Made by a program: the position numbers and the translations under genes
The notes under the pieces: generated by a model
The model's database searches: none
What the model was told of the DNA's origin: nothing
What the model saw: only the letters and a program-made list of their open reading frames with translations
Shown here: positions 27,246 through 40,936 of the stretch, one piece after another
How positions within the stretch are numbered: position 1 is the first letter of the stretch
How the letters are laid out: every line of letters begins with the position of its first letter
DNA from: the human T2T-CHM13v2.0 reference genome, Homo sapiens
DNA: 64,000 nucleotides
Assembly: GCF_009914755.1 (NCBI RefSeq)
Contig: NC_060936.1
Direction: 5' to 3' (one strand)

Positions 27246-30080
27246 CTGGGTTTTCTTCCCCCCAAGGAAGTCACTTTTCTACACAAGGAAGTCACTCTGG
27301 CTCTCTCTCCATGTTTGTCTACACAGTGCCTGCCCTTCCAGGAGTAGGAAAGTCCCTCATCTAGAGCTCAACCTTGGGCCTTAAGAGTGTGTGGTGGGGG
27401 GTGTTCAAGCATCCCCCCAACAATGTGGAGATGTGGCAGAAACCCATTTACCTGTTACATTGGTATTTGGCTCCACAAAGAAATGTTTCATTGCTTTGTC
27501 ATAAAAATAAATTAATGAATTAAGTTAAAACAAAAAGTGGCTTCACAAAGAAGCCGTGTAAGCATCTGCCCATTGGACTTCCTTCAATGCACCATCCCTC
27601 TCACCAGGCTGTGGGGAGGACAGGGAGCTGGGGCTGGGAAGGGCAGCAGGAAGAGGAAGGTGTGCTTAGGGACAGGCAAAGGTGCCCCATCCCTGACAAT
27701 TGTAGGACCCTTCTTTCCCCATATATTTCCCTACAACTTCCTAAAATTGTAGCTGCTGGAGAACCTGGACTCTGGTGACTGAGGGCTGCCCTGTGAGTGA
27801 GGTTAGGGCTTTCCCATCTGCCTTCACACAGGAGCCTGTGTCACATGGCACCTGGGCAGCACAAGGAGAGGAACATCAATAGAGGGGGAACAGGGTGGCA
27901 CACACCCTCACACCTCACCAGGTAGGCTGATATGGCTGGAAAAACACCAACAGATGAAAAGCACCCTTTTCTCATCTTCCCAAAGTAAATCCTTGAGACA
28001 TCAGCTGCTCCACACGCTGGTCACTGTGGGTGGGGAGCTGAACACCTCCTTCCATGAAATGGGAAAAGACACAGAGGGAGTCAAAATACGCCCCTTGTTT
28101 GCCTGCCTTCACCCTCCCCAGTCCTCTCTGTGCTGGTATTTGCCCCAGAGCCAGGTCTTCTTTAAAAACCAAAATTACTCCAGCCTCTGTCAGCAAGTGT
28201 TTGACTCCCCTGGGGTTTTAAAGAGGTCTTCTCAGGCCCCTGATTTCTGTTCCCTGACACCTGCCTCATCAGCAAGCGCACATAAGTAGCTGCCTACAAG
28301 CATCCTATAATCACTCAGTAGATGAACAGCAGGGCTAATAGGGACCCCAGTGGGCATCCAAGCCTTGATTCAATGAGACATAGATTTGACAGATTCCCAT
28401 CATGTACAGATGCACCTAATGGAATGAAACTTCATGCCCTTTATTTACCTTAGGTGCGTGTATTGCACCCTGGTGAGTCCTACTCTACTTTAGTCTGTTC
28501 TATTTTATTAAAAAATCAATTCACAATCCCTACTGGTTCAGCCTGCCATCCAAGAAGCACTGTTGCATTCCAACCCCATTTTCCAGACAAGACCATGGAC
28601 TCACTGATCCATGGTTCCACCCCACACCTCTGAGGATGACTTCACACCTGTTCCTGGCACAGTACAGAGACTTGAAGTACTTATAGATGTGCAGGAATGC
28701 TGGTTGTGCAAAGACCACATGTGTATATGCCTGCAAGCCTTATTCTCATTCTCAGCCAGGTAAGGCCTCTTTATATTTTTTTCTTTTGCATATCACCCTC
28801 ACTCTTGCAGAGCACACTTCTGTTTGTTTGATCTTGTGCATGGTACCCATTAAGGTCACCCTGCTCTCAACCTTCTCTGAAGCCTATACCCCTCAGTGTT
28901 GTACCACTCTGAGGGAGATTAGTGAGAAACTGTCTGTATTATCTTTCTCTTCTGAGACCCTCCTAGTTTCCTAGTTTGTGGAATCTCCCTGAGGATTGAG
29001 ACCAGGTTCTTCATGACATAGCAGAGTGCCTGAGTGTACCAAGAACTCTAGAAGGACTAAAATATGTGAAAATACAGGTTTTTTCTGATTTCTAAGGTAG
29101 GTGGTGGTCATGTATTAATTTGTATTCTCTAAGAATCAATGTAGAGAATAGTATCTCATAAGGAACATCAGATTATTTATCTATTTATCTTGGTTTTACA
29201 GTGGCTATGTTTCACCGAGTCAGAAAAGTAGTTCTGTCACCCCCGCTGCCCCATTTTCTGGCAGGGACACAAAGGCACAGGATGGTTGAGTGATCTGTCA
29301 AGAGTCACTGGTTGGGACTATTTCCATGTTTTTCCTTACTCACTAGATTCTTCTTTCTATGCCAGAGGAAAAGGAGGCATCTCTGCTAATCCTCCCCCCA
29401 CTTCCCAAGAAGAAAGCACCAGGTCCCCTGAAAGCCACATGCTGTGCTGGCCTGGCTGCTGCTCCCCGACACTCCCCGGGGAGAGGGGCCTGGTGCCCCC
29501 TCCCACCACCTCCAGCCACACCTCTCCTGTCTTCAAAAGCCGATGAGGCTAGTCCTTCCTCACTCTAAAGTCCTTTCAGAAAACCTTCTGAAACAGTGTG
29601 TCTCCAACTGCTATGAATGCCACCCACAGTCATAAAGATGTTTCACACAGAGATCACCTAGATATATACAGATATTGGCAATTCAGCCAGTGTTGCACAA
29701 CACAGTATTTAACTTTGTGAAATTTGATGCACTCTGATGGTTTCTATTTTGATATGCTATGCTATGCTATGCTATTCTTTTAAGGGCCCATTATAACTGA
29801 CCAAGTGGATGTCATAACTTTTAATGAATCTAGATCTGCAGCTAAAATACTTCAAAAATTCCAGCAAGGACAAAAACGCAGGCCTAGATTTGCCACCAGT
29901 GCCCTCTTCTGGGCAGTTTTATTATAAGTACTGCCTTGAAACATTGTTTAATTGTCAACATCTGTATGTGTGAACTGAGTCTCACCAGAAAATAGATTTA
30001 TGTCTGTTGGTTACAGCTTAAAAGATTTAAGAAGCAATGTTTAGAAATGCTCCTGGTGAAAAGGCCAAGCTAAAAAGGAC

Positions 30081-30129
<49 letters not shown>

Positions 30130-30171
30130 GCAGAGAGAGAGAGAGAAAGAGAGAGGCAGAGAGAGAGAGAT
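30081..30171. repeat. Compound (GT)n-(GA)n microsatellite
   Basis: Directly visible. Confidence 0.95.
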
Positions 30172-33146
30172 AGGCTGTACGGATTTTTCTCTGTGATCTC
30201 CTCTCCTCCTGCAAATTAGCCCGAGGTGGGATCTCAGAGACCTGGCCCTGCCTCCCCAAACCCATTCCCACACCGAGGCCAGCCTGGGAAGAGGGCAACA
30301 GAGCTCATATCTCTGTGGAGAGGAGGCTGGGCTCAATGCAGGCCTCTGTGTCGTTGTTCATCTTCACTTCATAGGTCTTGTCCTGAGACCCCTCCTGCTG
30401 ACACACCATGGTTGTCTGGCTCTCCCAGGAAAAGCACCTACAGTGTTCAAGATGGAGAAAATCATCAGGAACTGCCACCCTCCCCCACTTTGCTCAGCAC
30501 ACGTGCACACATTACTCATGCACACACACACATGTACATGCATGCACAAATATGTGCACATACACACATGTGAACATGCGTGCAATTTCTGTGGCTTCAT
30601 TCTCCTGTGATGGCCGATGAAACCATGGAGCCACAGAAGTGTTAAGATTAGGGAGAAGGTTTCATGTGGGAGAAGGACATCTGGTGTTGGATCCAAGGAG
30701 ATCTGAGTCCTGACCCCAAGTCACTTATCCTCTGGCCCAAGTCACTTAGCCCACCCCATTCCTCAGTTTCCCTTTCTATGAAATTTATATTACATATGCC
30801 CTGCCTAACTCAGAGGCAACAGATGAGACATTGCTCTGGGGGTGGAAAGAGCCGGGTTTGACTGAAGGGTCCTAGGCTGTGCCATATAGGGCAGGGTGGA
30901 CCCATGAGAAGACTGTTCCCCATCCGCCCCCAGCTGTGACAGCTAGGCCTTTGAAAATTTGGCACATCTCAGATGTCCCTGTCATCCTATTTTGATGGTG
31001 CCCTTGATTCTGACACCTGCTCCCTGGATTAAAGACACAGAGAGGAAACCTCACCTAGAGGGTTTTGCTCTCCTGAGCAGAGGGCAGTGAGCCTGAGTCC
31101 TTGCTGAGTCTAAATCCCTCCTGATGTCCACACCCTTCCACACTAAGATGTGCCTTTCCCACTGGGACACGGTCTTCTGGTCACTGGGTCATGTCTTCTT
31201 TAGCTCTGGGCCATGAGCTCTTCCTTTTCTTATCTGTGCTCAGCTCAGTGCCTCCCTCTGTCTTACTTCCTGTAGACCCTGCATGCCCGGCACGCTTTAT
31301 CCTCAGACCACTGAGGGCATCAGAGAAAGATCCCAGTCCATCCTCTCAGTGCTGAGAGCTGAATCAGTGCCCCTGGCTTTGAGTATCTCAGGCAGGGTAA
31401 GGGCAGTTCTCTCTCGTGGAGGCCTGCAGATCACCACCTGCCCCGCAGTGGGAAGGAAAGATGAGAGGTGAGAGCTCCAGGTAGATTAGGAGGCGAGGGA
31501 GATAGAGTGGGCTTTGGAGAGGAACGGGGGGATGAACTGGAGATGCAGAGTGTCAGCAGGCAATAGCATTTCTGGGGACCACCGGGCACAGGATGTGCTG
31601 GCCTATCCTCAACACAAGCAATGCTGGTACCTGAGCTGTCCTTAACTTTGAGCTGCAACACGGAGGACAAGGCCCAGGAGCAGGAATGTGGGCTACACTT
31701 TTCTTCATCAAGCTGAATCTTGGTACCCTGTGTGTTGTTTGTCCCAACTGCAGTGGGCAGAGAGGGAACCAACACTTCATGAGCACTGACTGTGGGCTGG
31801 GCACTGCTAGGTGCTTTGCGTGTGTTTTGCTTCACAAAGAGATGCATCTGTGGGGACAAGGAAATCCCTGGGGTCTCCTCCCCCAGCTCCTCTAAACATC
31901 CCTCTCCTCTTACATCATAGAGAACAAAGCTTCACAAGAAAATGCCCTTAGAAGCTGGGGAATAAATCCACCCTGAGCTGCTAAAGTTGGACATGGAGCC
32001 CTCCTTAAGCAGAGGCTTGGATGGGGCCAGCAGGGAAGAAGGCGGTGTGGGGACTGAGTCAGCACCTCTCTGGAATGAGAGTCTCCCGACCTACTTTCAG
32101 GCAAGGCAAGTCAGAGAATTCCTTTCTGGCCACGCTTCACGGGAGAAAGGGTCAGAGAGTTACCTTCCTGCTCCTGCTGTTTTCTGCATTTCCTTCCATG
32201 TAAAATATTCAGCAGACCAAGGGGCCACATGTTGGGGTAATGTGTTCTGGACCCTGACACTATCCTCCTACCTCTCTGACCATTTCCTCTCTGTTTCTTT
32301 GTGGAGTTCTCTCCCAGGCGTCCATCCCCGTCCATCATGGGGACCCTGCCAGGGAGGGTGGGAGGAGGAAGCCAGGGATCTGGGGTGATCTGAGGGCAGC
32401 CTGAGAGGACATGATGAGACGGAGGGGGCAGGGTTAAAGGGCCAACTACATTAGGTTGATTCACATGAAATTGCTGATATTTGGTCATTTTTTACTTACA
32501 AAAATCATAAGTTCATCTGGTTCAAACTAAAACTTCAAAACTTGCTTCAGTAGGGTTCATGTTGAACTGGACTTGCAGCCAGGCAGTTGGGAACTCAAGG
32601 CACTTACAGGAAGGTGACTGGAAGCCTTGCAGCAAGGCTTCTCTGTGCACCTTGCAGCGTCGCAGTCACAGCAGGAAGCACATGCTTCACTTAGGAAGCA
32701 GGGGACTCATGTGGAATCCTGTCTAGCCACAAAGTCACTCTTCTCCAGCTGAAAAGTGTATAGCCGACTTATCATAAAACTCCCTCTCACTACTGCAGGA
32801 GGACAGAGAAAGTACAGCACATTTCTGCACCTCCGAGACTGGGAAGCCTGCTCTGGGTGATCTTGCAGAGCAGGCCCTGTGGTTACATTGTTGTGTGGAT
32901 CTGCACAGCAGGCTGGAAGGCAGAGTCACAGCTAGAGCTTTAGAAATAGCGTGGGTAAAGAGGTGGTTCTTCAAGGATATGTGCAGAAAATTCTCTGCCA
33001 ATACAAAAGGCTTGCTAAAAGGAAGCCTCCAATGCAAGGCAGCGGATGAGTGGCTTACCACCTGTGGATCTTAGTCAAGTCAATCTCTCTGAGCCTCAGT
33101 TTCCTCATCTATAAATGGGAATGATAATACCTACCTCTTAAGACCG

Positions 33147-33531
33147 TGCATCAGCTTGCCGGGGCTTCCATACCAGCTACCACAGACTGGGTGGCTTAAA
33201 CAACAGAAATGCATTTTCTCACAGTTCTGGAGCCTGGAAGTCTGAGATTGAAGTGCCGTCAGGGTTGGTTTCTGGGGAGGGCTCTCTTCCTGGCTTGCTG
33301 ATGGCTGCCTTCTTGCCTCATGTGGCCTCTTCTCTGTGCACATGCAGAGAAAGAGATCTCTTGTGTCTCTTCCCCTACTTATAAGGACTCCAGTCCTATC
33401 AGATTAAGGTCCCACACTTACAACCTCATTTAACCTTTATACCTCCTTATAGGCCCTATCTTCAAATAGTCATATTAGGGTTTAGGGCTTCCATACATGA
33501 ATTTTGGGGGGACACAATTCAACTCATAACA
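33147..33531 (-). mobile_element. MLT1A/B MaLR LTR next to a MIR (about 33060-33145)
   Basis: 'cacagactgggtggcttaaacaacagaaat...ctcacagttctggag', ending 'gacacaattcaactcataaca'. Confidence 0.8.
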
Positions 33532-34649
33532 CACTTTTTTGAGGCTCACAGGGCGTAGATTGTACTCTGAAAATGGTAGCTCTTTGGATGTGGGTCATCC
33601 AGAAGGTCTAGCAGGTTGCAACAAATCAGGCTGATGAAGAAAGATCTGACCAGACCAAGACCAAGATATCCCCAGATCCTTGGAGAAGAACTGAACATGA
33701 GCACCAGACCCCACTCAACAGCATCAATATTTTGCTACTCCTCTACTTATCCTATATTCACTGGTTATATAAATATAATTTATATATATATAAATGCACT
33801 GGTTGTATAAATATAACTATATTTAAATTATATTTATAAATTATAAATACATATGTATATTTAAATTATATTTATATATATTCATTGGCTATATAAATAT
33901 AATTAACTGGTTGTTATAAAAAACCTGTGGCTTTCTTTCCTCGATGCCACCTTTTCTCTCACTTCCTGGGCTCAGTCACCCCCAGCTGTGCCTTATCTCC
34001 TTCCCTGCTATCCAGTGAGCTCAGGCCTCCATCCTTGATGGCTTGGCTATGAGCAGTCACTTCCTGTCTGAACTTTGCCTTCATCCAGTCCAATGCATTC
34101 ACATCACAGACAGGCTGTTCATGTACAGTGCAGACCAGATCCTGTCACTTCCCTACCTGAAATGTTTCAGTGACTTCCTACTATTTTAGGATAAACCCAA
34201 GATGTTAACAGGTTCACAGGGCTGGCATCATCTGCTCTGGCTCCTGCATGTGCCTCACCCTGGGTGGCTGCACCCCCACATTTCTTCCACTGACTCAGAT
34301 GCCTCTGGTCTCTGCCATCTGCTCTGCCCTCTCCTGCCTGCTCCCACAACCTTGTCCCAAATTCACTTTTCAGAGCCCAGATACTAAGTCACACAACTTT
34401 TTCTGGGGCCTTTTTTTGGGGAAGGTGGGCAGGCTACAGCCCATGTGCTCATGGGGACCCTGTTTCTCCAGTCCTGACAGTTACCTCACCACACTGAGTC
34501 TCTGTTCCTTTTAGGCTCTGAGGTCCAGGAGGCAGCTGGCTGTGTCTGCAGTCTTGTTTATTGTGGCCACTGGCACTGTGTCTACCCCATAGCAAAGCTA
34601 AGGGAGGACTGGTTGAATCAATTATCTTTTATGAATCATTTTTAATATT

Positions 34650-35146
34650 TCTGCACATATGTTCACAGAAGACTTATTCACAATAGCCCAAAGGTGGGAA
34701 CAACCCAAGCGTTCGCAGAGGAATGAATGGATACGCAATGTGGTCTATCCATACGATGGGATATTATCCAGGCTTAAAAGGGAATGACATTCTGACACAC
34801 CCTGCTACATGAATGAACCTTGAGGACATCATGCAAAGTGAAATAAGCCAGACACAAAAGGCAACATATTGCATGATTCCACTTCTAAGAATTACCTAGA
34901 GTCATCCATTTCGTAGGGACAGAGAATGGAGAAATGTTTGCCAGGGCTGGAGGAGAAGGGAATGGAGAGTTTGTGTTTAATGGGTACAGAATTTCAGGTT
35001 GGGAAGATGACAATGTTCTGTGGATGGATGGTGGTGACAGTTGCCCGACAATGTGACTGTGCCCAGTGCCACCAGACTGTATGCTGAAAATGACTAAGAT
35101 GGTAAATTTTATGTTTTGCATTCTTTCCACAATTAAAAAAAAAAAG
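34650..35146 (+). mobile_element. L1MB 3' end
   Basis: 'gaatgaaccttgaggacatcatgcaaagtgaaataagccagacacaaaagg...gatggtaaattttatg' and poly(A). Confidence 0.8.
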
Positions 35147-35560
35147 AAACTTCAAATACTTCGGGGTGAGGAGCAGAGAGAGTAGTGTGTCAAATTTTTC
35201 TTTTCCTGAAAGAAGCCATTTAAATATAAGTTAGTAAACAGCTTCTTTAAATACCCAAAAAAATGTGAACTGAAGCAATCAGACTACTATCCTTCTAACT
35301 GGTAGATATGATGTGGAAATGTTAAGTTTATTTATGAAAAATGAATCATATCATTTTGAAACCTTAGGAGAGGATAGGTCAAGGCTGACTGGCAGGCAGG
35401 GCAATGGCAGGTGTAGGGAAGTGGACTGCAGGCAGCCAGGGCAGACATGCTTACCAGGAAATGAGCAATTGAACATGGAAAAGAGGGCAGGATAAGTGGA
35501 AACATCTATTTAAAACTTTGGTTTATCATCTATGAAGGACAGAAAGAATAAATGATTCTA

Positions 35561-35861
35561 GGCCAGACGCAGTGGCTCATGCCTGTAATCCCAGCACTTT
35601 GGGAGGCCAAGGCGGGCAGATCACCTGAGGTCAGGAGTTCAAGACCAGCCTGGCCAACATGGTGAAACCCTGTCTCTACTGAAAATACAAAAATTAGCTG
35701 GGCGTGATGGTGGGCGCCCGTAATCCCAGCTGCTCAGGAGGCTGAAACAGGAGAATCGCTTGAACCTGGGAGGTGGAGGTTGCAGTGAGCTGAGATCATG
35801 CCATTGCTCCCAGCCTGAGTAACAAGACTGAAACTCCATCTCAAAAAAAAAATAATAATAA
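35561..35861 (+). mobile_element. AluSq/Sp-type SINE
   Basis: Full Alu, TSD-like aataaa(t/c)gattct. Confidence 0.9.
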
Positions 35862-37594
35862 ACGATTCTCCTCTGCTCTCAGGATCTCCTCTGTTCCAAG
35901 TTTAAGAGTTTAAGCAACAAGGTGGGAACATCACTGTGGCCATTCCAGGCCACTTGAAGACAGGTTCTGAAGGAAGGCAGAAGGCTTGTATCTGGCCAGC
36001 TGTGTGTGATCCCTGCATATCCTGGTGTTGGATGAGGCAGACAGACTTCTGGACATGGGATTTGAGGCAAGCATAAATACCATCCTGGAGTTTTTGCCAA
36101 AGCAGAGGAGAACAGGCCTTTTCTCTGCCACTCAGAAGCAGGAAGTGGAGAACTTGGGGAGAGTGGGATGCCGGAACCCTGTCCAGTCTCAGTGAAGAAG
36201 GGTGTGGCAGCCAGCAGTGCCCAGAACACCACTCTCCCCTGGAAAACTACTACATGGTATGCAAGGCAGATGAGAAATTTAATCAGCTGCTACATTTTCT
36301 TCGCAGTCATAAGCAAGAGCAACACCTGGTCTTCTTTAGCACTTGCACCTGTGTGGAATACTACAGGAAGGCTCTGGAGGTGCTGATGAAGAGTGTGAAG
36401 ATTGTGTGCATCCATGGAAAGATGAAATACGATCTTCATGCAAATTGAAAATTGCAATTGTTCTGCAAATTGCAAAGTGGAATTTTAGTGTGCACTGATG
36501 TGGTGGCCCAGGAATCAATGTTCCTGAAGTAAACTGGGTTTTGCAGTACAATCGCCCCTACAATGCAAGTGCCTTTGTGCAGCACTGTAGCCGCACAGCC
36601 CTCATTGGCCACAGAGGCAGAGCTCTGGTGTTCCTCCTGCCCGTGGAAGAGTCATACATCAATTTCCTTGCAATTAACCAAAAATGCCCCCTGGCGGAGA
36701 TGAAACTCTAGAAAAACACAGCTGACCTTCTGCCAAAACTCAAGTCCATGACCCTGGCAGAAAAATCTGTGTTTGAAAAGGGCATGAAAGCTTTTGTGTC
36801 CTATGTCCAGGCTTATGCAAAGTAAGAATGCAACCTGATTTTCAGATTAAATAATCTTGATTTTGCAAGTCTTGCTCGAGGTTTTTCCCTGCTGAGAATG
36901 CCCAAGATGCCAGAATTGAGAGGAAAGCAGTTTCCAGATTTTGTGCCTGTGGACATTAATACAGACACTATTTCATTTAAAGATAAAATTAGAGAAAAGC
37001 AGAGGCAGAAATTACTGGAGCAACAAAGGAAAGAGAAAAACAGAAAATGAAGGGAGAAGAAAATTCATAAAAAATAAAGATTGGTCGAAGCAGAAGGCCA
37101 AAAAAGAGAAGAAGAAAAACATGAATGAGATAAGGAAAAGGGAAGCATGTTCTGATACAAAGATGAGGACATGGAAGAACTTCTCAATGATTCAGAGCTC
37201 TTGAAAAAAATTTTTAAAGGCAAAATTACTGAAGAATTTGAGAAGGACTTATTGACAAGTGGCAAAACAACAATCAAGACAGCCAATTTAATGTCTCAGA
37301 TTTGGAAGATGACTGCTAATACCAGGGCCACAGATAAACCCATAAGGGCATAGCTGTTTCCTAACTTGGTGGATGATTCCTATTTGCTTTTACCACAAAT
37401 CAAAACTTCAGGAGACATCTGAGAAGAATTACATCTCTGAAAGCTCTCCTTTCAGACTAGGGAGAAATGAGGGATTTCACACTCATGAATATTTGACTAA
37501 AAACATTCCAGTCTTGAAGTAGTTGAACAGAAGAAAATGTAAAATTATTTGAGTGTAAATAATAGATTTCCATATTTATTTATTATGATGGGTC

Positions 37595-37599
<5 letters not shown>

Positions 37600-37637
<38 letters not shown>
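37600..37637. repeat. (TG)n microsatellite
   Basis: Directly visible. Confidence 0.95.
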
Positions 37638-37639
<2 letters not shown>

Positions 37640-37841
37640 CTCATTTTTTCCAAGGCTATTTTATAGTTATTTGCAAACATTAAGATACTGAAGTATACTT
37701 GGTTTTAAATTTTTAAAGGCCCCTAAGTACTTTTAGGCACCTGACGTCCCTGAGTGTTCTTGGCCCTGGACTTCAGTTATCCTTCAATGCCCTGCAGAGG
37801 TGGCTAATGTGCTGAAGTTTTTCTATGTTAAGAATAGTCCT

Positions 37842-38190
<349 letters not shown>

Positions 38191-39166
38191 TCATATTTTG
38201 GGAAAGATAATTCTAATTTTTATGCCTTCTGTTGAATAAACTGTGTCCTTCTAAAAAACAGAAATGATAAGCATTTGGATAGTTAATATAATTGAACAAA
38301 TAAATACATATGTGCATATATATTTATAATATACTTTTGAAGAGAATATTTTTAAAATACAGTGAACACTGATTTTTTTAATAATACAGTTTGGTTTGGT
38401 AAAAATGAATAATTTAAAAATGTGTCCAAGTATTAAGGGCTCATTTACTCATCTTTCTCTACTTTTTACCAAGAATTTTTTATAAAAACAGAGGAACAAA
38501 TTTGAAGTATTTTCTCTTCTTCGTGACTTTGCCTTTAGAAATAGATGTTAATGAACTGTGAAATGGACACAAGTGGGTAAAAAAATGAGTTGAAATGGAC
38601 ATGTGAGTGTAAACTGGGCATAAATGGAAAAAGGGAAGAGTGTAATGGTTTCAGTTCCAAATTCAATACCTGGGAACTATTGGCCTGATGGCTTCATCTT
38701 TAGAATGAAGTAGATAAAAACCCAAATTGTTGCATTCTTTAAAAATAGCATTCAGTCATTAATGAAAGAATTTTAAGGTTGATGAGTGGTGAAATATAAT
38801 TCTAAATTATATGAGGTAAAATGTCTTTCTAACATGTTCAACAATTCCTTTAGTAATATCAATTTTTGAGCATAAGTGGTATTTGAGCAATAAAAAATAC
38901 ACAGTATAAAGGACAGGTCACATAGAGTGTGACATTCCAACTGAACAACTGAATAACCTATTTAATTTAACTTAAAAATGTCTAATTTTCATTAAATAAT
39001 GCTTCACCAACTTAACATAATGATTGGTTTGGTAATCCTTTTAATTGGACTTTTTAATGATTTAGGAATATAAAATTGTTTAAATAATTCATGCCATCTT
39101 AGTTGTCATTTTAAATTTATGTAATTGGTAGAAAATGTAAAAATATGTTTTTAAAATGCCTTTTAA

Positions 39167-39448
<282 letters not shown>

Positions 39449-39599
39449 TAAATTTTAATCAACTATTTTTCAACTTTATTTCTGCAGTGAGGCAACAATT
39501 TTTGAAAGTGGTTATACTTCTAATCTCAAACATAGCTTTGTGAAGAGCCACATGGAGGAAAGGAATTAATAGTCAAAAGGTATAACACGAGACTCCAAC

Positions 39600-39705
39600 C
39601 TTGAGAAGGTGATCCTGGCATAGCGCATGATACTGTCAAAATCATATCTTTCTTCAAGTGAGTTTACTTCTCCAGGATCCCTCTTCATAAAATTGTACTC
39701 TTCAC
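39600..39705 (-). pseudogene. TLL1: TLL1 pseudo-exon (astacin domain, Met-turn exon)
   Basis: ttag|GTGAAGAG...TTCTCAAG|gttgg, 106 nt. Translates (G)[35 protein letters not shown] versus recalled TLL1 [36 protein letters not shown]. Confidence 0.9.
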
Positions 39706-40252
39706 CTAAGAACCAGGGATAAACAGAATCTTAGAAGCCTTTTCACTGACAGAAAAGAGAACAGAAAAGTCCTTTCTACACCTGTATCTGTTATGAAATG
39801 AATGATTTTCTTGCTGGTTGTATTTACAAACTTAACACCCAGGCACATGCAAAAAGCATATGTCTTAACTCTGTTATCACATTGAAATGCAATATTGAAT
39901 AGGACCAATCCATTAATTTATTCAAGAAAGTAGGCTACCAAAAGCATAATTTGAGCTTTTTTTATATGTATACTCTTTTACTACCTCACAATAATATTTA
40001 TTTCTTTAAAATTTTACTGCTTTTTGGTACTGTATAAATGATTATAAAAAGTTATGTTTTCATCTAATGAATTTCCCACTTTTATGACTAGATTTGCCAG
40101 GTCTCACAAAAATTATCTTCCTGCTTGGTTTAAATCCTTTCTATAAACAATATGAAAAGATATAAAAACAATATTAGTATAAACACAACTCTACAGGCTT
40201 TGGCTATGTGACTTCATCACTCAAGATTAAACAACAGCAGCAAATTCTCTAC

Positions 40253-40481
40253 TTTCTTTTTTTTTTTTTTTTTTAAGACAAGATCTCTCTCTGTCACCCA
40301 GGCTGAAGTGCGGTGGAATGATCTTGGTTCACTGCAGTCCCCCAACCTCCAGGGCTCAAGGGATCCTTCCACCTCAGCCTTCTACGTAACTGGGATTACA
40401 AGCCAGTGTCACCAGGCCCAGCTAATTTTTGTTTTTTTGTTTTGTTTTGTTTTGTTTTGTTTTGTTTTTAGAGACGGGGTT
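40253..40481 (-). mobile_element. AluJ right-arm fragment
   Basis: Antisense right monomer, (TTTTG)n linker, truncated after 'gagacggggtt'. Confidence 0.8.
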
Positions 40482-40590
40482 GCATCTCTACTTTCATTTA
40501 AAAATGAAACAAGGTTCTCCTTGATGAAAAAGAGCTTCTACTTTGAGATCAAGAACATACTTCAGAACTTTTTTTTAACTTCTGAACATC

Positions 40591-40936
40591 TTTTTTGTTG
40601 TTGTTGTTTTGTTTTTTGTTTTTTTTGAGACGGAGTCTCGCTCTGTCGCCCAGCCTGGAGTGCAGTGGTGCGATCTCGGCTCACTGCAAGCTCCGTCTGC
40701 TGGGTTCAGGCCAGTCTCCTGCCTCAGCTTCCTGAGTAGCTGGGACTACAGGCGCCTGCCACCACACCCGGCTATTTTTTGTTTTTGTTTGTTTGTTTGT
40801 TTGTTTGTTTGTATTTTTAGTAGAGACGGGGTTTCACCGTGTTAGCCAGGATGGTCTCGATCTCCTGACCTCGTGATCTGCCCGCTTTGGCCTCCCAAAG
40901 TGCTGGGATTACAGGCGTGAGCCACCGCACCCGGCC
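40591..40936 (-). mobile_element. AluY-type SINE
   Basis: Y diagnostics 'cactgcaagctccg' and 'accgtgttagccaggatggtctcgatctcc'. TSD acatctt. Confidence 0.9.

Noticed and set aside
24203-35150. Further IQSEC3 exons (for example NETVLHQFCCPAAD)
   Set aside because: Not found by eye. The region looks intronic or repeat-derived, and its IQSEC3 origin beyond the donor is only presumed.
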